Assembly (NCBI GenBank): GCA_963705305.1
Contig: OY970067.1
Span: forward strand, 2,112,001 to 2,176,000
Origin: an uncultured Methylomirabilota bacterium
Lineage (GTDB): Bacteria; Methylomirabilota; Methylomirabilia; Methylomirabilales; 2-02-FULL-66-22
Reading direction: 5' to 3'
DNA: 64,000 nt
In this document: one piece after another, positions 42,019 to 51,174 of the stretch
How the letters are laid out: every line of letters begins with the position of its first letter
How positions within the stretch are numbered: the first letter of the stretch is position 1
The notes under the pieces: model-generated
What the model was told of the DNA's origin: nothing
The model's database searches: none
What the model saw: only the letters and a program-made list of their open reading frames with translations
Program-made: the position numbers and the translations under genes

Positions 42019-42118
42019 GAAAAATCTGGACACTGGAGGGAGGGAATTTAGGTGGCGTGAAGGATTAACGAATCGCGCCTCAGCGGCAGACCGGGGTGCG
42101 CGCCCCGCGCCGGGTGAA

Positions 42119-43039
42119 TCAGTGCCGCATGAGCACCGCCGCGGCGGGCCGGGACATCTTGCTGTTCTCGTGCGCCGCCCCCTGCACGACCTGGAGTTGC
42201 CACCCGAACGTGCACTTCAGCTCCGTGGCGCGGTGGCCGGCTTCCGTGAAAAAGTTCTGGCCGCGCTCGAAGCGGTAGGCGCCCTGGGCCATCGCCTGCG
42301 GCGTCTTACGGAGCTCTCTGTGGTTGGGGTCCGTGTCCCGGTCGCCGAGCATGAGAATAAATTCCCGACCGAGGCTCGTTTTCAGCGATTCCTCAGTGGC
42401 GGGAGAACCGCCGAGTCCGTAGGGAAAGTTGATGTCGAACCTCGGCATCGTGTACCACCCTGGATTGGCGGCCACCGCTCTGGCATACCGGGCGTCGGGC
42501 AGCAACAGCACGAGGCGATGCACGAACTGGCCGCCTTCGGAGTGGCCGTAGATGAAGTACTTTGCGCTCCGATTGCCGGTCGCCTCCCTGATGGAGTCGA
42601 AGAGATGCTCGATGACGCTGAACGACCACATCGACGCATCCTGAAGCTTGCCGTCCCTGCCGACGACGCTGGCGTAGGAATACCCGCCGCCGCCCCATCG
42701 TTCCGGGTCGAACAGCGGGGCGACCACCATGAATGCGTACTTGTCGGCATGCTCGATCCACGTGTCGCGATAGCCCTTGGCGTTCTTGCCATGGCCGTGC
42801 ATGACGAAGACGATCGGCGCCGCGTCCGGCTTGAGCCCCCTGGGCAGGTACGTGTAGACGGTGATCTCCTTCGACGGGTCGCCTTTCTCGTCTACGAAGG
42901 AGAAGCTGCCGGGTCCCGCGGCGATCCTGATCGTGGGGCCGGCAGCCGACACGGTCTGTGACCATATCAGCGTCCACACGAAAAGCACCAGCATCGGCCT
43001 GCACAGATGCGCGCGAGAAAGAAGATGTCTCACGGGCAT
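42119..43039 (-). CDS. Exported alpha/beta hydrolase (esterase/depolymerase-like)
   Basis: Signal peptide; FVMHG, nucleophile elbow GHSEGG, GDRD and a C-terminal His (GAAHE). Confidence 0.8.
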   Translation of the reverse strand: MPVRHLLSRAHLCRPMLVLFVWTLIWSQTVSAAGPTIRIAAGPGSFSFVDEKGDPSKEITVYTYLPRGLKPDAAPIVFVMHGHGKNAKGYRDTWIEHADKYAFMVVAPLFDPERWGGGGYSYASVVGRDGKLQDASMWSFSVIEHLFDSIREATGNRSAKYFIYGHSEGGQFVHRLVLLLPDARYARAVAANPGWYTMPRFDINFPYGLGGSPATEESLKTSLGREFILMLGDRDTDPNHRELRKTPQAMAQGAYRFERGQNFFTEAGHRATELKCTFGWQLQVVQGAAHENSKMSRPAAAVLMRH

Positions 43040-43629
43040 GAAGTCCTCACAGAATAACAGCCCATCTGCTGAACCCGTCTGGACTCTGGAAACACAAGGA
43101 CTTACAGAGGGGGACTGACGAAGTGGGGATGTTATATGCTTTTCGCATAACACCCCGTGGATTGCAGGAGAGCAATCGGGCGAACCATCAGTGGGAGTGT
43201 ATCGCCGGGCTCACGGGCTGTCAACCACAATCCCGCCCCGTCGCAGCAGCCTGGCCGCTTACCAAACATGTTGACAGGCCGGACCGCAGGAGGCACCGGT
43301 GTGGAGAATTACACTCCCATTACCACAGGTTACGGCGCGCCCGCGCGGCGGGATGGCTGCGGAAGAATTGTTCCGGGAATGGCCAATTCTCCTCTGGCAT
43401 GCAAATCGTGCGCTTCCCTACAAATCGCACGGTGGCATCAACATTTTGGTGAACGGCTAGCGCAGGAACAGGAGGGGCGGAAAATATTCCCTGTAGGGCG
43501 TTGTTGACGGAGTGGAATTATCTGCCCGCCGTCCGCCGGGCGACGGGTAGGACGCGAGGTGCGGTCACCTGGGGCATCGACTAGAGAGGTGGAAGACTCC
43601 ACCGCCCGCCCGGTCGAGGTGGACGCTTC

Positions 43630-44520
43630 TCAGAGGCCGATCCCCTGGCTGAGGAATACGACGGCCGAGAAGAAGACGCAGTAATAGCCGAAGTATCTCC
43701 AGCGGCCCCGCTCCAGCCAGGAGGACAGCCACCACAGCGCCACCAGCCCCGCCAGGAAGCTGCCGCACATGCCGAGAACCCCCGGCAAGATCAGGGCGGT
43801 CGGGCTGGCGCCCGTGATCGCATGGACGCCGGAGGCTCTGAGGAGCCGCCGAAGCTCCAGCACGATCACGGGCGGCGTCAGGAGCACCGCCAGAGCGAAG
43901 CTGAAGTCTTCCGCCAGATCTCGGCGAATGCCATAAAGCAGCGCGGCGGAGATCGTGCCCCCGGACCGCGAGAATCCCCGGAACGGGAGGCAGAGCCCCT
44001 GAATCGTTCCGACCAGGACGGACGACACCACATTGAGACCAGCGGGTTTCTCCGCGTTCTCCCAGATCCCTGCCGCGATGATCAGCAGTCCGCCCGCGAG
44101 GAGCGCCGCGCCGATCAAAGGCAGGTTCCGAAAGAGCTGCTCCACCTCTCCGTGCGGATATCCAAGCGCTCCTTCCAGGATCCCCTGCTCGATGATGATT
44201 TTCATGGCCAGCCCGAGGACTCCCGTGCACGCGGTCGCGAGAATGATCATCTTCAAGAAGTGGCCCTTCTCGATGTTGCCCGCCGCATCGGGCGTCACTT
44301 CCGCTGGTGCCAGCAAGCGCTTCCAGCGCCGCCAGAAGTAAATCAGCACCGAGAACATCGTTCCCGTATGCAGCATGACGAGCAGGAACGTCATCTCGGG
44401 CGACCCGGGATCGAGCCCCATGAGACGCTCTGCCACGATGACGTGGGCCGAGCTGGAGACCGGCAAGAGCTCTGTCAGTCCTTGAATCCCCGCCAGGATC
44501 ATGATCTGCAGGACATGCAT
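43630..44520 (-). CDS. uppP: Undecaprenyl-diphosphate phosphatase (BacA family)
   Basis: Motifs QGLTELLPVSSSAH, GFSRSGGTI and DFSFALA. Confidence 0.9.
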   Translation of the reverse strand: MHVLQIMILAGIQGLTELLPVSSSAHVIVAERLMGLDPGSPEMTFLLVMLHTGTMFSVLIYFWRRWKRLLAPAEVTPDAAGNIEKGHFLKMIILATACTGVLGLAMKIIIEQGILEGALGYPHGEVEQLFRNLPLIGAALLAGGLLIIAAGIWENAEKPAGLNVVSSVLVGTIQGLCLPFRGFSRSGGTISAALLYGIRRDLAEDFSFALAVLLTPPVIVLELRRLLRASGVHAITGASPTALILPGVLGMCGSFLAGLVALWWLSSWLERGRWRYFGYYCVFFSAVVFLSQGIGL

Positions 44521-44735
44521 TTTGCGCGTCTCCCGAACCCCGAGCAAGCAGGACAGGATCGAACGAGCACCGGGGCCCTCAGGCCCAAGACGGTAGCAGG
44601 CTACCGGAAGAAGGTGCGCGGGTCAATGGAAGCGGTCAAGGCGCTCAGTTCGAGGCCGCCTCGGCTCCGCGGATATAGCAATTCTGCGCAATGAGAGGAG
44701 AAGTTTCTGCCGGGATGAAGGGTCAGGCGACTGGC

Positions 44736-45371
44736 TCAATGCTGGCGGACGTGGGCCAGTGCCGCCGTCAAGCCCAGTCCGATATACACGCTGCCGACCA
44801 CGTAGCGCCCTGCCCCCGCGACCGCGGGAGAACGCTTGAGCCACTGCCCGACGGTACCTGCCAACAGCGCATACATGGTGTCGCTGACCATGGCCAGCAT
44901 GATGAAGAGGCATCCCAGGAGGAACATTTGTCCGGCGATGGCGCCTCGGGACGGGTCGACAAATTGCGGCAAGAAGGCGACAAAGAAGAGAGCGGTCTTC
45001 GGATTCAGCGCCGCCACCAGCACCCCTTGCGAAAAGATCCGCCGAAGGCTGTGTGGGCGGCCGTTGCCGGCCACGTGCATAGCCTCGCGGATGAACAGCT
45101 TCCGAAGGCCAAGGTAGGCCAGATAGGCGGCACCCAGGTACTTCACAACCGAGAAGGCGAGGGCAGACGAAAGGAGCAGGGCGGACAACCCGAGGGTCGC
45201 CGCAATGACATGCGAGAAGTTGCCAACCTCAATCGCGCACACCGACACGAGGCCCGCCCGCCGGCCCTGGTCCACGCTCCGGGCAATGATGTACAGGACC
45301 GCCGGCCCGGGGGTGAGCAGCAAAATCACCGATGCGAGCATGAACAGGGACAGATGCGTGAGATCCGGCAC
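44736..45371 (-). CDS. LysE/RhtB family translocator
   Basis: Motifs TPGP, KYLGAAYL and LNPKTALFF..FLPQF. Confidence 0.92.
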   Translation of the reverse strand: MPDLTHLSLFMLASVILLLTPGPAVLYIIARSVDQGRRAGLVSVCAIEVGNFSHVIAATLGLSALLLSSALAFSVVKYLGAAYLAYLGLRKLFIREAMHVAGNGRPHSLRRIFSQGVLVAALNPKTALFFVAFLPQFVDPSRGAIAGQMFLLGCLFIMLAMVSDTMYALLAGTVGQWLKRSPAVAGAGRYVVGSVYIGLGLTAALAHVRQH

Positions 45372-45857
45372 AGGGTATCTCCTTGGCTGGTGACGGGACA
45401 GCCCGAAGGCGAACGTCGCAATGCCTCACGTTCTTCGAGAAGTGTCCAAAGAGTCCTTCGGCTATTTGATCGGAGGCTACCGAGGAGCGTGGGCGGTGTC
45501 AATCAGAAACGCCGAAGCACTCCCCGCACCGGCGGCACGGAGGCTTCGGATATCGGATACAGGATGAAGAGGTAGGGGTCTAGCGAGTCTTGGGAGCGAT
45601 CGGCGCGGCGCCGGGCCGTCCTGGCGGACAGGGTTTTGACGGGGGGGGCGAGAGCGCGCGTCGTTCGAGTTCCCTCTGGCACGCCGGGCGGAGCGGCTTC
45701 CGACGGGTTGCAAATCCTCCGTGATCTATCCGCGCGAACCAGTTCGGGCAGGCGGTTTCCTTCGCTCCCTGCCTGTGTTATGATCCGTGAACGCGGCTCG
45801 AAACCGCTGTGAGGGCGGGCGGGCAGCGCGATCGGGGACTGTGCGAAGGAGGCGTGA

Positions 45858-46997
45858 GTGGCTGCCAGGCGAGCGCAGGACATTTCTCCGTTCCTGGTCA
45901 TGGAGGTGTTGGAGCGCGCCGGGGAGTTGGAGGCCAAGGGGGACCAGATCGTCCACCTCGAGATCGGCGAGCCAGACTTTCCGACGCCGGCCTGCATCCA
46001 GGAGGCGGCGGTCCGGGCCCTGCGCGAGGGGAAGACCGGCTACACCCACAGCCTGGGGATCCTCCCCCTCCGCGAGGCCATCGCCGAGCACTACTTCACG
46101 GAGTACGGGGTCCAAGTGTCGCCCGAGCGGATCCTGGTGACGGCCGGCACCTCGCCGGCCATGTGGATGATCTGTTCGGCCCTCCTCGAGCCGGGCGACC
46201 AGGTCATCCTGTCCGATCCGCGCTACGCCTGCTATGCCAACTTCATCCAGTTCTGTGGCGGCGAGTCGGCGAGCGTGGACGTGTTCGAGGAAGATGGGTT
46301 TCAGTTCCGGCCCGAGGCCGTCCGGCAGCGGCTGGGAGCTCGCACCCGGGCGATCCTGATCAATTCACCGGCCAACCCGACCGGAACGCTGCTCTCGGCA
46401 GAGCGGATGGCGGCGCTGGCCGAGCTGGGGTGCCTGCTGATCTCGGACGAGATCTACCACGGCCTCGTGTACGAAGGACGGGCCCACTCCATCCTGGAGT
46501 TCACCGACCGCGCCGTAGTGTTGAACGGCTTCTCCAAGGCGTACGCCATGACCGGCTGGCGTCTGGGCTATGCCATCGTTCCCCCCGAGATGATCCGCCC
46601 GCTTCAGAAGATGCACCAGAACTTCTTCATCTCGGCCAACGCCTTCGTCCAGGCCGCCGGCATCGCCGCGTTGCGCGAGGGGGGGCCGGAGACGGCCCGC
46701 ATGCGGGCCGTGTACGACGAGCGCCGGCGCTTCATCATCCCGGGGCTGCGGCGGTTGGGGTTCGGCATCGCCTGCGAGCCGACCGGCGCTTTCTACGTTC
46801 TGGCCAACGCCAAGCGCTTCACATCGGATTCCCTGTCCTTTGCCTTCGATATCCTAGAGCGGGCCAAGGTCGGGGTGGCGCCAGGCGTGGATTTCGGTCC
46901 GAATGGCGAGGGCTACCTGCGTTTTTCGTATGCGAACTCCATGGAGAATCTGGCCGAGGCCCTGAAACGGTTGGAGGCTTTCCTGGCAGCGCGGTGA
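45858..46997 (+). CDS. PLP-dependent aminotransferase class I/II (aspartate aminotransferase-like)
   Basis: Motifs LEIGEPDF, NSPANPTG, SDEIY and GFSKAYAMTGWRLG. Confidence 0.93.
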   Translation: MAARRAQDISPFLVMEVLERAGELEAKGDQIVHLEIGEPDFPTPACIQEAAVRALREGKTGYTHSLGILPLREAIAEHYFTEYGVQVSPERILVTAGTSPAMWMICSALLEPGDQVILSDPRYACYANFIQFCGGESASVDVFEEDGFQFRPEAVRQRLGARTRAILINSPANPTGTLLSAERMAALAELGCLLISDEIYHGLVYEGRAHSILEFTDRAVVLNGFSKAYAMTGWRLGYAIVPPEMIRPLQKMHQNFFISANAFVQAAGIAALREGGPETARMRAVYDERRRFIIPGLRRLGFGIACEPTGAFYVLANAKRFTSDSLSFAFDILERAKVGVAPGVDFGPNGEGYLRFSYANSMENLAEALKRLEAFLAAR

Positions 46998-47029
46998 AAC
47001 GCCCGACTGCTCGGGCAGGCGGCCGCCGG

Positions 47030-47227
47030 TAGCAGGCTGCCGAAAAAGGCCCATCTGCGGACACCCGGCCTTCGGCCGGGTACCCCGCGCTCCCGCGACG
47101 CTGCGACGTACCCGTAAGTACGCCTCGCGTCTGCACCCATCCTCACGGATGGGTACCCGGCGCGCCGCCTTGCATCTGGACCTTTTTGAGCAGCCTGGGG
47201 GAAAGTGGGTTTTTCAGCAGCCCGGTC
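47030..47227 (+). mobile_element. MITE-like repeat, copy E
   Basis: TAGCAGGCTGCCGAAAAAGGCCCATCTGC...GCATCTGGACCTTTTTGAGCAGCCTG...TTTTTCAGCAGCC, with two CACCC...GGGTACCC hairpins. Confidence 0.85.
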
Positions 47228-47306
47228 GGAGAGAGGAGGAACGAGGATGCGCCGTTCGAGGGGACGGGTGCCGGCTTCCAGCCGGCACCGCGGGGGGAGC
47301 AGCGCC

Positions 47307-48743
47307 ATGATCAGGACCAGCGCCAGCTACAGTATCACCATGCGTGTGGAGATCCAGAATCGGCCCGGGATGCTGGGCCGGGTGACATCCGCCATCGGGA
47401 AGGCGGGGGGCGACATCGGGGCGGTGGACATCGCAGGGTTCGGCAAGGACACCATCATCCGGGACGTCACCGTGAACGCCCGCGACGAGGAGCACAAGAC
47501 TGCCATCACCAAGGCCGTGGGGAAGGTCTCCGGCGTGAAGGTGGTGAACGTGTCCGACCGGACCTTCCTGGCCCACCTGGGCGGGAAGATCACGGTGAAC
47601 TCCAAGCGGCCGATCAAGACACGGAACGACCTCTCCATGGTCTACACGCCGGGGGTGGCCCGCGTCTGCTTGGCCATCCACGAGGATCCGAAGCGGGCGC
47701 ACCAGCTCACCATCAAGAAAAACACGGTGGCGGTGATCACCGACGGGTCGGCGGTGCTGGGGCTGGGAAACATCGGCCCGGCCGCGGCCATGCCGGTCAT
47801 GGAGGGGAAGGCGGCCCTGTTCAAGGAATTCGGCGGCGTGGATGCTTTTCCCATCTGCCTGGACACGCAAGACCCGGACGAGATCGTGCGGACCGCCACC
47901 CTCATCGCCCCGGCTTTCGGCGGCATCAACCTGGAGGACATCTCGGCCCCCCGCTGCTTCGACATCGAGGAGCGCCTGCAGCGCGAGGTGAATATCCCCG
48001 TGTTCCACGACGACCAGCACGGCACGGCGGTGGTGGTGCTGGCCGCCCTGCTTAACGCCCTGCGGATCGTCAAGAAGCGGCTGCCGGATCTGAAGGTCGT
48101 CATCAGCGGCATCGGAGCCTCGGGGGTGGCCTGCACAAGGATCTTCCTGGAGATGGGGGTTCGCCAGATCATCGGACTGGATACCAAGGGGGCGTTGTAC
48201 CGCGGGCGCAGGGAGAATATGAACCCGATCAAGGAGTGGTACGCGCGCGCCACCAATCCCCGGAATCTCAAGGGGGACGTGACCAAGGTCATCGGGGGCG
48301 CCGATTTCTATCTGGGCCTGTCCGGGCCGGGGACGCTGCCGCTCAGGGCGGTCAAGAAGATGGGTAAGAATCCCATCGTGTTCGCCATGGCCAATCCGGT
48401 CCCCGAGATCATGCCCGAGGAGGCCTCCCCCTACGTGCGGGTCATGGCCACCGGCCGCTCCGACTACCCGAACCAGATCAACAACGTCTGCTGCTTTCCC
48501 GGTTTCTTCCGCGGGCTCCTGGACGCCCGGGCCTCGCACGTGAACTCGGCGATGAAGAGCGCGGCGGCCAAGGCCCTGGCGGGGCTGGTCGGGGCGCGGG
48601 AGCTGAACGAAGAGTACATCACCCCCAGCGTGTTCGACGCGCGGATCGTGCCGGCCGTCGCCGGCGCGGTGGCCGAGGCGGCCTACCGCACCGGAGCGGC
48701 GCGCCGGGCGCGCAAGTCCGTCGCGAGCTACCCGTCGGTGTGA
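47307..48743 (+). CDS. Malic enzyme with N-terminal ACT domain
   Basis: ACT NRPGMLGRV; YTPGVA, DGSAVLGLG, NLEDI, HDDQHGTA and TGRSDYPNQINN. Confidence 0.92.
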   Translation: MIRTSASYSITMRVEIQNRPGMLGRVTSAIGKAGGDIGAVDIAGFGKDTIIRDVTVNARDEEHKTAITKAVGKVSGVKVVNVSDRTFLAHLGGKITVNSKRPIKTRNDLSMVYTPGVARVCLAIHEDPKRAHQLTIKKNTVAVITDGSAVLGLGNIGPAAAMPVMEGKAALFKEFGGVDAFPICLDTQDPDEIVRTATLIAPAFGGINLEDISAPRCFDIEERLQREVNIPVFHDDQHGTAVVVLAALLNALRIVKKRLPDLKVVISGIGASGVACTRIFLEMGVRQIIGLDTKGALYRGRRENMNPIKEWYARATNPRNLKGDVTKVIGGADFYLGLSGPGTLPLRAVKKMGKNPIVFAMANPVPEIMPEEASPYVRVMATGRSDYPNQINNVCCFPGFFRGLLDARASHVNSAMKSAAAKALAGLVGARELNEEYITPSVFDARIVPAVAGAVAEAAYRTGAARRARKSVASYPSV

Positions 48744-48803
48744 GGGGGGGCAGGCCCGGAGACGGGATCCGAGGCGCCCCATGGACAATAAAGGAGAAAC
48801 GCG

Positions 48804-49187
48804 ATGAGCTGGCAATTTGATCACGCCCACTTCAAGTGCAGCGATCCCGAGAAGACCGTGGCATTCTTCAAGGAGCACTTCGGCGCCGCGGAGGTTTCCC
48901 GGTGGGAGGCGAACGGGATGCCCATCGTAACCATGGACATCGGCGGCCTGTGGTACAATTTTTCCCCCAAGCGGGCCAACGAGGTCGTGGATCAGGGCTC
49001 GGGCACGGTGCGCTACGGCGTCTATCACCTCGGCCTGCGGACCAAGGATCTGGCCGCCGAGGTGGCCCGGATGAAGGCGCGGGGGGTCGCGTTCACGCAG
49101 GAGCTGAAGCAGGTGAACCCCAAGACGAAGGCCGCCTTCATCCAGGGGCCGGATGGCATCTCGATCGAGATCCTGCAGCGGGACTAG
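48804..49187 (+). CDS. VOC/glyoxalase family protein
   Basis: Motifs FDHAHF, YHLGL and FIQGPDGISIEI. RBS AAGGAG. Confidence 0.88.
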   Translation: MSWQFDHAHFKCSDPEKTVAFFKEHFGAAEVSRWEANGMPIVTMDIGGLWYNFSPKRANEVVDQGSGTVRYGVYHLGLRTKDLAAEVARMKARGVAFTQELKQVNPKTKAAFIQGPDGISIEILQRD

Positions 49188-49260
49188 CGTCCCGTCCCTG
49201 AAAATTGGGCAATAGGTTCACCGCCCCCGCGGCCGCCCCTCTGAGCCCTGGGACCACACC

Positions 49261-49446
49261 CACCCATTCGGGCGGGTACCCGGTACCGCTCGACCTGCAC
49301 CCAGCCTAGCGGCCGGGTACCCGGGCGCCGCCGCCCTCGGAAGGGCGCGTCGCGCCGTGGGCGGGAGAAGGTGGCTCACGGCGAGTCCCCCATAGCCACG
49401 GCGTCCCGAAACCGGCCGACGGGTACCCAACCGTCAGGTTGGGTGC
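49261..49446. repeat. Cluster of CACCC-hairpin-GGGTACCC units
   Basis: Units at 49261-49282, 49297-49323 and (inverted) 49420-49446. The same unit occurs inside MITE copies B, C and E. Confidence 0.7.
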
Positions 49447-49612
49447 GGTCCGGGCTTTCGGGCCGCCCCCGGGGCGGTGTTTCTTAATGCGAACCATTGA
49501 GACGGGACACTGGGAGACCGCGGTGTCTGTCTACCCGCAGTCGGCCACTGGCTGAAGAGCAAAGGGAGGGGAGCGGCGTAGCGGGCGCCTTCCCCCGCCA
49601 TCGAGGACGGCA

Positions 49613-50302
49613 ATGACAGCTGCCAGGCGAGCCGCCCAGACGGCTGGCAAGAGTGGCAAGGCGGCTGCCGGCCCGCTCCAGGGCCGGCTGCAAGAGATCC
49701 TCCGGATCCTCCAGCGGACGTATCCGCAGGCGCGCTGCGAGCTGGATTTCCACACGCCCCTGGAGCTCCTGGTGGCGACGATCCTCTCGGCGCAGTGCAC
49801 CGATGCCCGCGTCAACCAGGTGACGCCGGCCCTCTTCAAGAAGTACCGCACCGCCAAGGCCTATGCCGAGGCGGACCCGGATGCATTCGAGCAAGAGATC
49901 CGGACCACCGGATTCTTCCGCAGCAAAGCCAAGAACATCATCGGATGCTGCCGAGACCTCGCCACGCGCTTCGGGGGGCACGTCCCCCGCACCATGGAAG
50001 AGCTGGTGACCCTGCCGGGCGTGGGCCGCAAGACCGCGAACATCCTCCTGTACAACGCCTACGGCCTGCCGGGATTCGGTGTGGACACCCACGTGGTCCG
50101 GGTGACCAACCGCCTGGGGCTGGTGGACACGGAGGACCCGGAGAAGATCGAGGCCGCCATCTGCAAGGTCCTCCCACCCGAGGCGTGGGGGCAGGCGACC
50201 CACTTGTTCATCTTCCACGGCCGCCGGACCTGCCAGGCCAAACAGCCGCGCTGCCCCCAGTGCGACGTACGGTCCTTGTGCCCCTGGCCTGGAAAGCCGT
50301 GA
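49613..50302 (+). CDS. nth: Endonuclease III
   Basis: LSAQCTD, HhH LPGVGRKTAN, VDTHV and FeS motif CQAKQPRCPQC..RSLC. Confidence 0.95.
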   Translation: MTAARRAAQTAGKSGKAAAGPLQGRLQEILRILQRTYPQARCELDFHTPLELLVATILSAQCTDARVNQVTPALFKKYRTAKAYAEADPDAFEQEIRTTGFFRSKAKNIIGCCRDLATRFGGHVPRTMEELVTLPGVGRKTANILLYNAYGLPGFGVDTHVVRVTNRLGLVDTEDPEKIEAAICKVLPPEAWGQATHLFIFHGRRTCQAKQPRCPQCDVRSLCPWPGKP

Positions 50303-50449
50303 CCGACGCCGGGCGGCCCGGCTGCCGGGGATGATCGAAGGGCCCGGAGAGGAATCACGACTGCTGGAATCCCCTTGACAGCCGGGAATCCAGCGGTGTA
50401 GATACAGCCGTGACATCCCCTCCATGCGGACGTCACAGACTGATCCCTC

Positions 50450-50480
50450 GCCTCCCCGACTCGTGGGGAGGCTTTTCTCT
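50450..50480 (+). terminator. Terminator-like hairpin in the leader of the FeS-FAD-MoaD operon
   Basis: GCCTCCCC-GACTCGT-GGGGAGGC followed by TTTTCTCT. Confidence 0.55.
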
Positions 50481-50642
50481 CTCCACCCGTCCGCAGCGGG
50501 GTCACCGTTATGGCCACCAGCTGATCTGCCGGTCCGTGAAAGGTGCGGCCGCTCGGGGCCCGCGGGAGTCGATCCGGTTCTGACGTCTCTCCAGCCATGG
50601 CGCCGATCGGCCTGAAACGAGGATACGGGAAGGGGGGCAGCA

Positions 50643-51134
50643 ATGGCAAAGGTCCTAGTGATCCATCCGGAGCGGTGTACGGCCTGCCGGGCCTGCGAGC
50701 TGGCCTGCTCCATGAAGCATCACGGCGAATTCAATCCCAGCCGCTCCAGAATCCAGGTGAATATCTTCCTCGAAGACGCCATGTATATCCCCACGGCATG
50801 CACGCAATGCGACCAGGCGTGGTGCGCCAAGATCTGCCCGACCAACGCGATCGTACGGGATCCGGCGACGATGGCGTATCAGGTCCTGAACGACAAGTGC
50901 GTCGGCTGCAAGATGTGCGTGCTGGCCTGCCCGTTCGGGAGCATTGTTCTCTTTCCCGAGAGGGGGAAGGCCGAGAAGTGCGACCACTGCCTGTCCGTCG
51001 ACGGCGACCCCGAGTGCGTGAAGTTCTGCACCCCCAAGGCGTTGGAGTATCTGGACGAGGACAGCGAGGTGCGGATGCGGCAGATGGCGACGGCGCAGAA
51101 GCTTCGGGAGACCTACAAAGAGGTGGCCGCCTAG
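50643..51134 (+). CDS. 4x[4Fe-4S] electron-transfer protein (DmsB/CooF/AorA-like)
   Basis: CTACRACELAC, CTQC...CAKICP, CVGCKMCVLACP and KCDHC...PECVKFC. Confidence 0.92.
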   Translation: MAKVLVIHPERCTACRACELACSMKHHGEFNPSRSRIQVNIFLEDAMYIPTACTQCDQAWCAKICPTNAIVRDPATMAYQVLNDKCVGCKMCVLACPFGSIVLFPERGKAEKCDHCLSVDGDPECVKFCTPKALEYLDEDSEVRMRQMATAQKLRETYKEVAA

Positions 51135-51174
51135 CGGGCGGCGGACGGCACCGGCCGAGCAGGAAAGTAGGTTC

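Noticed and set aside
43390..43450. sigma54 promoter suggested by TGGCAT motifs
   Set aside because: No TTGC at the required -12 spacing.
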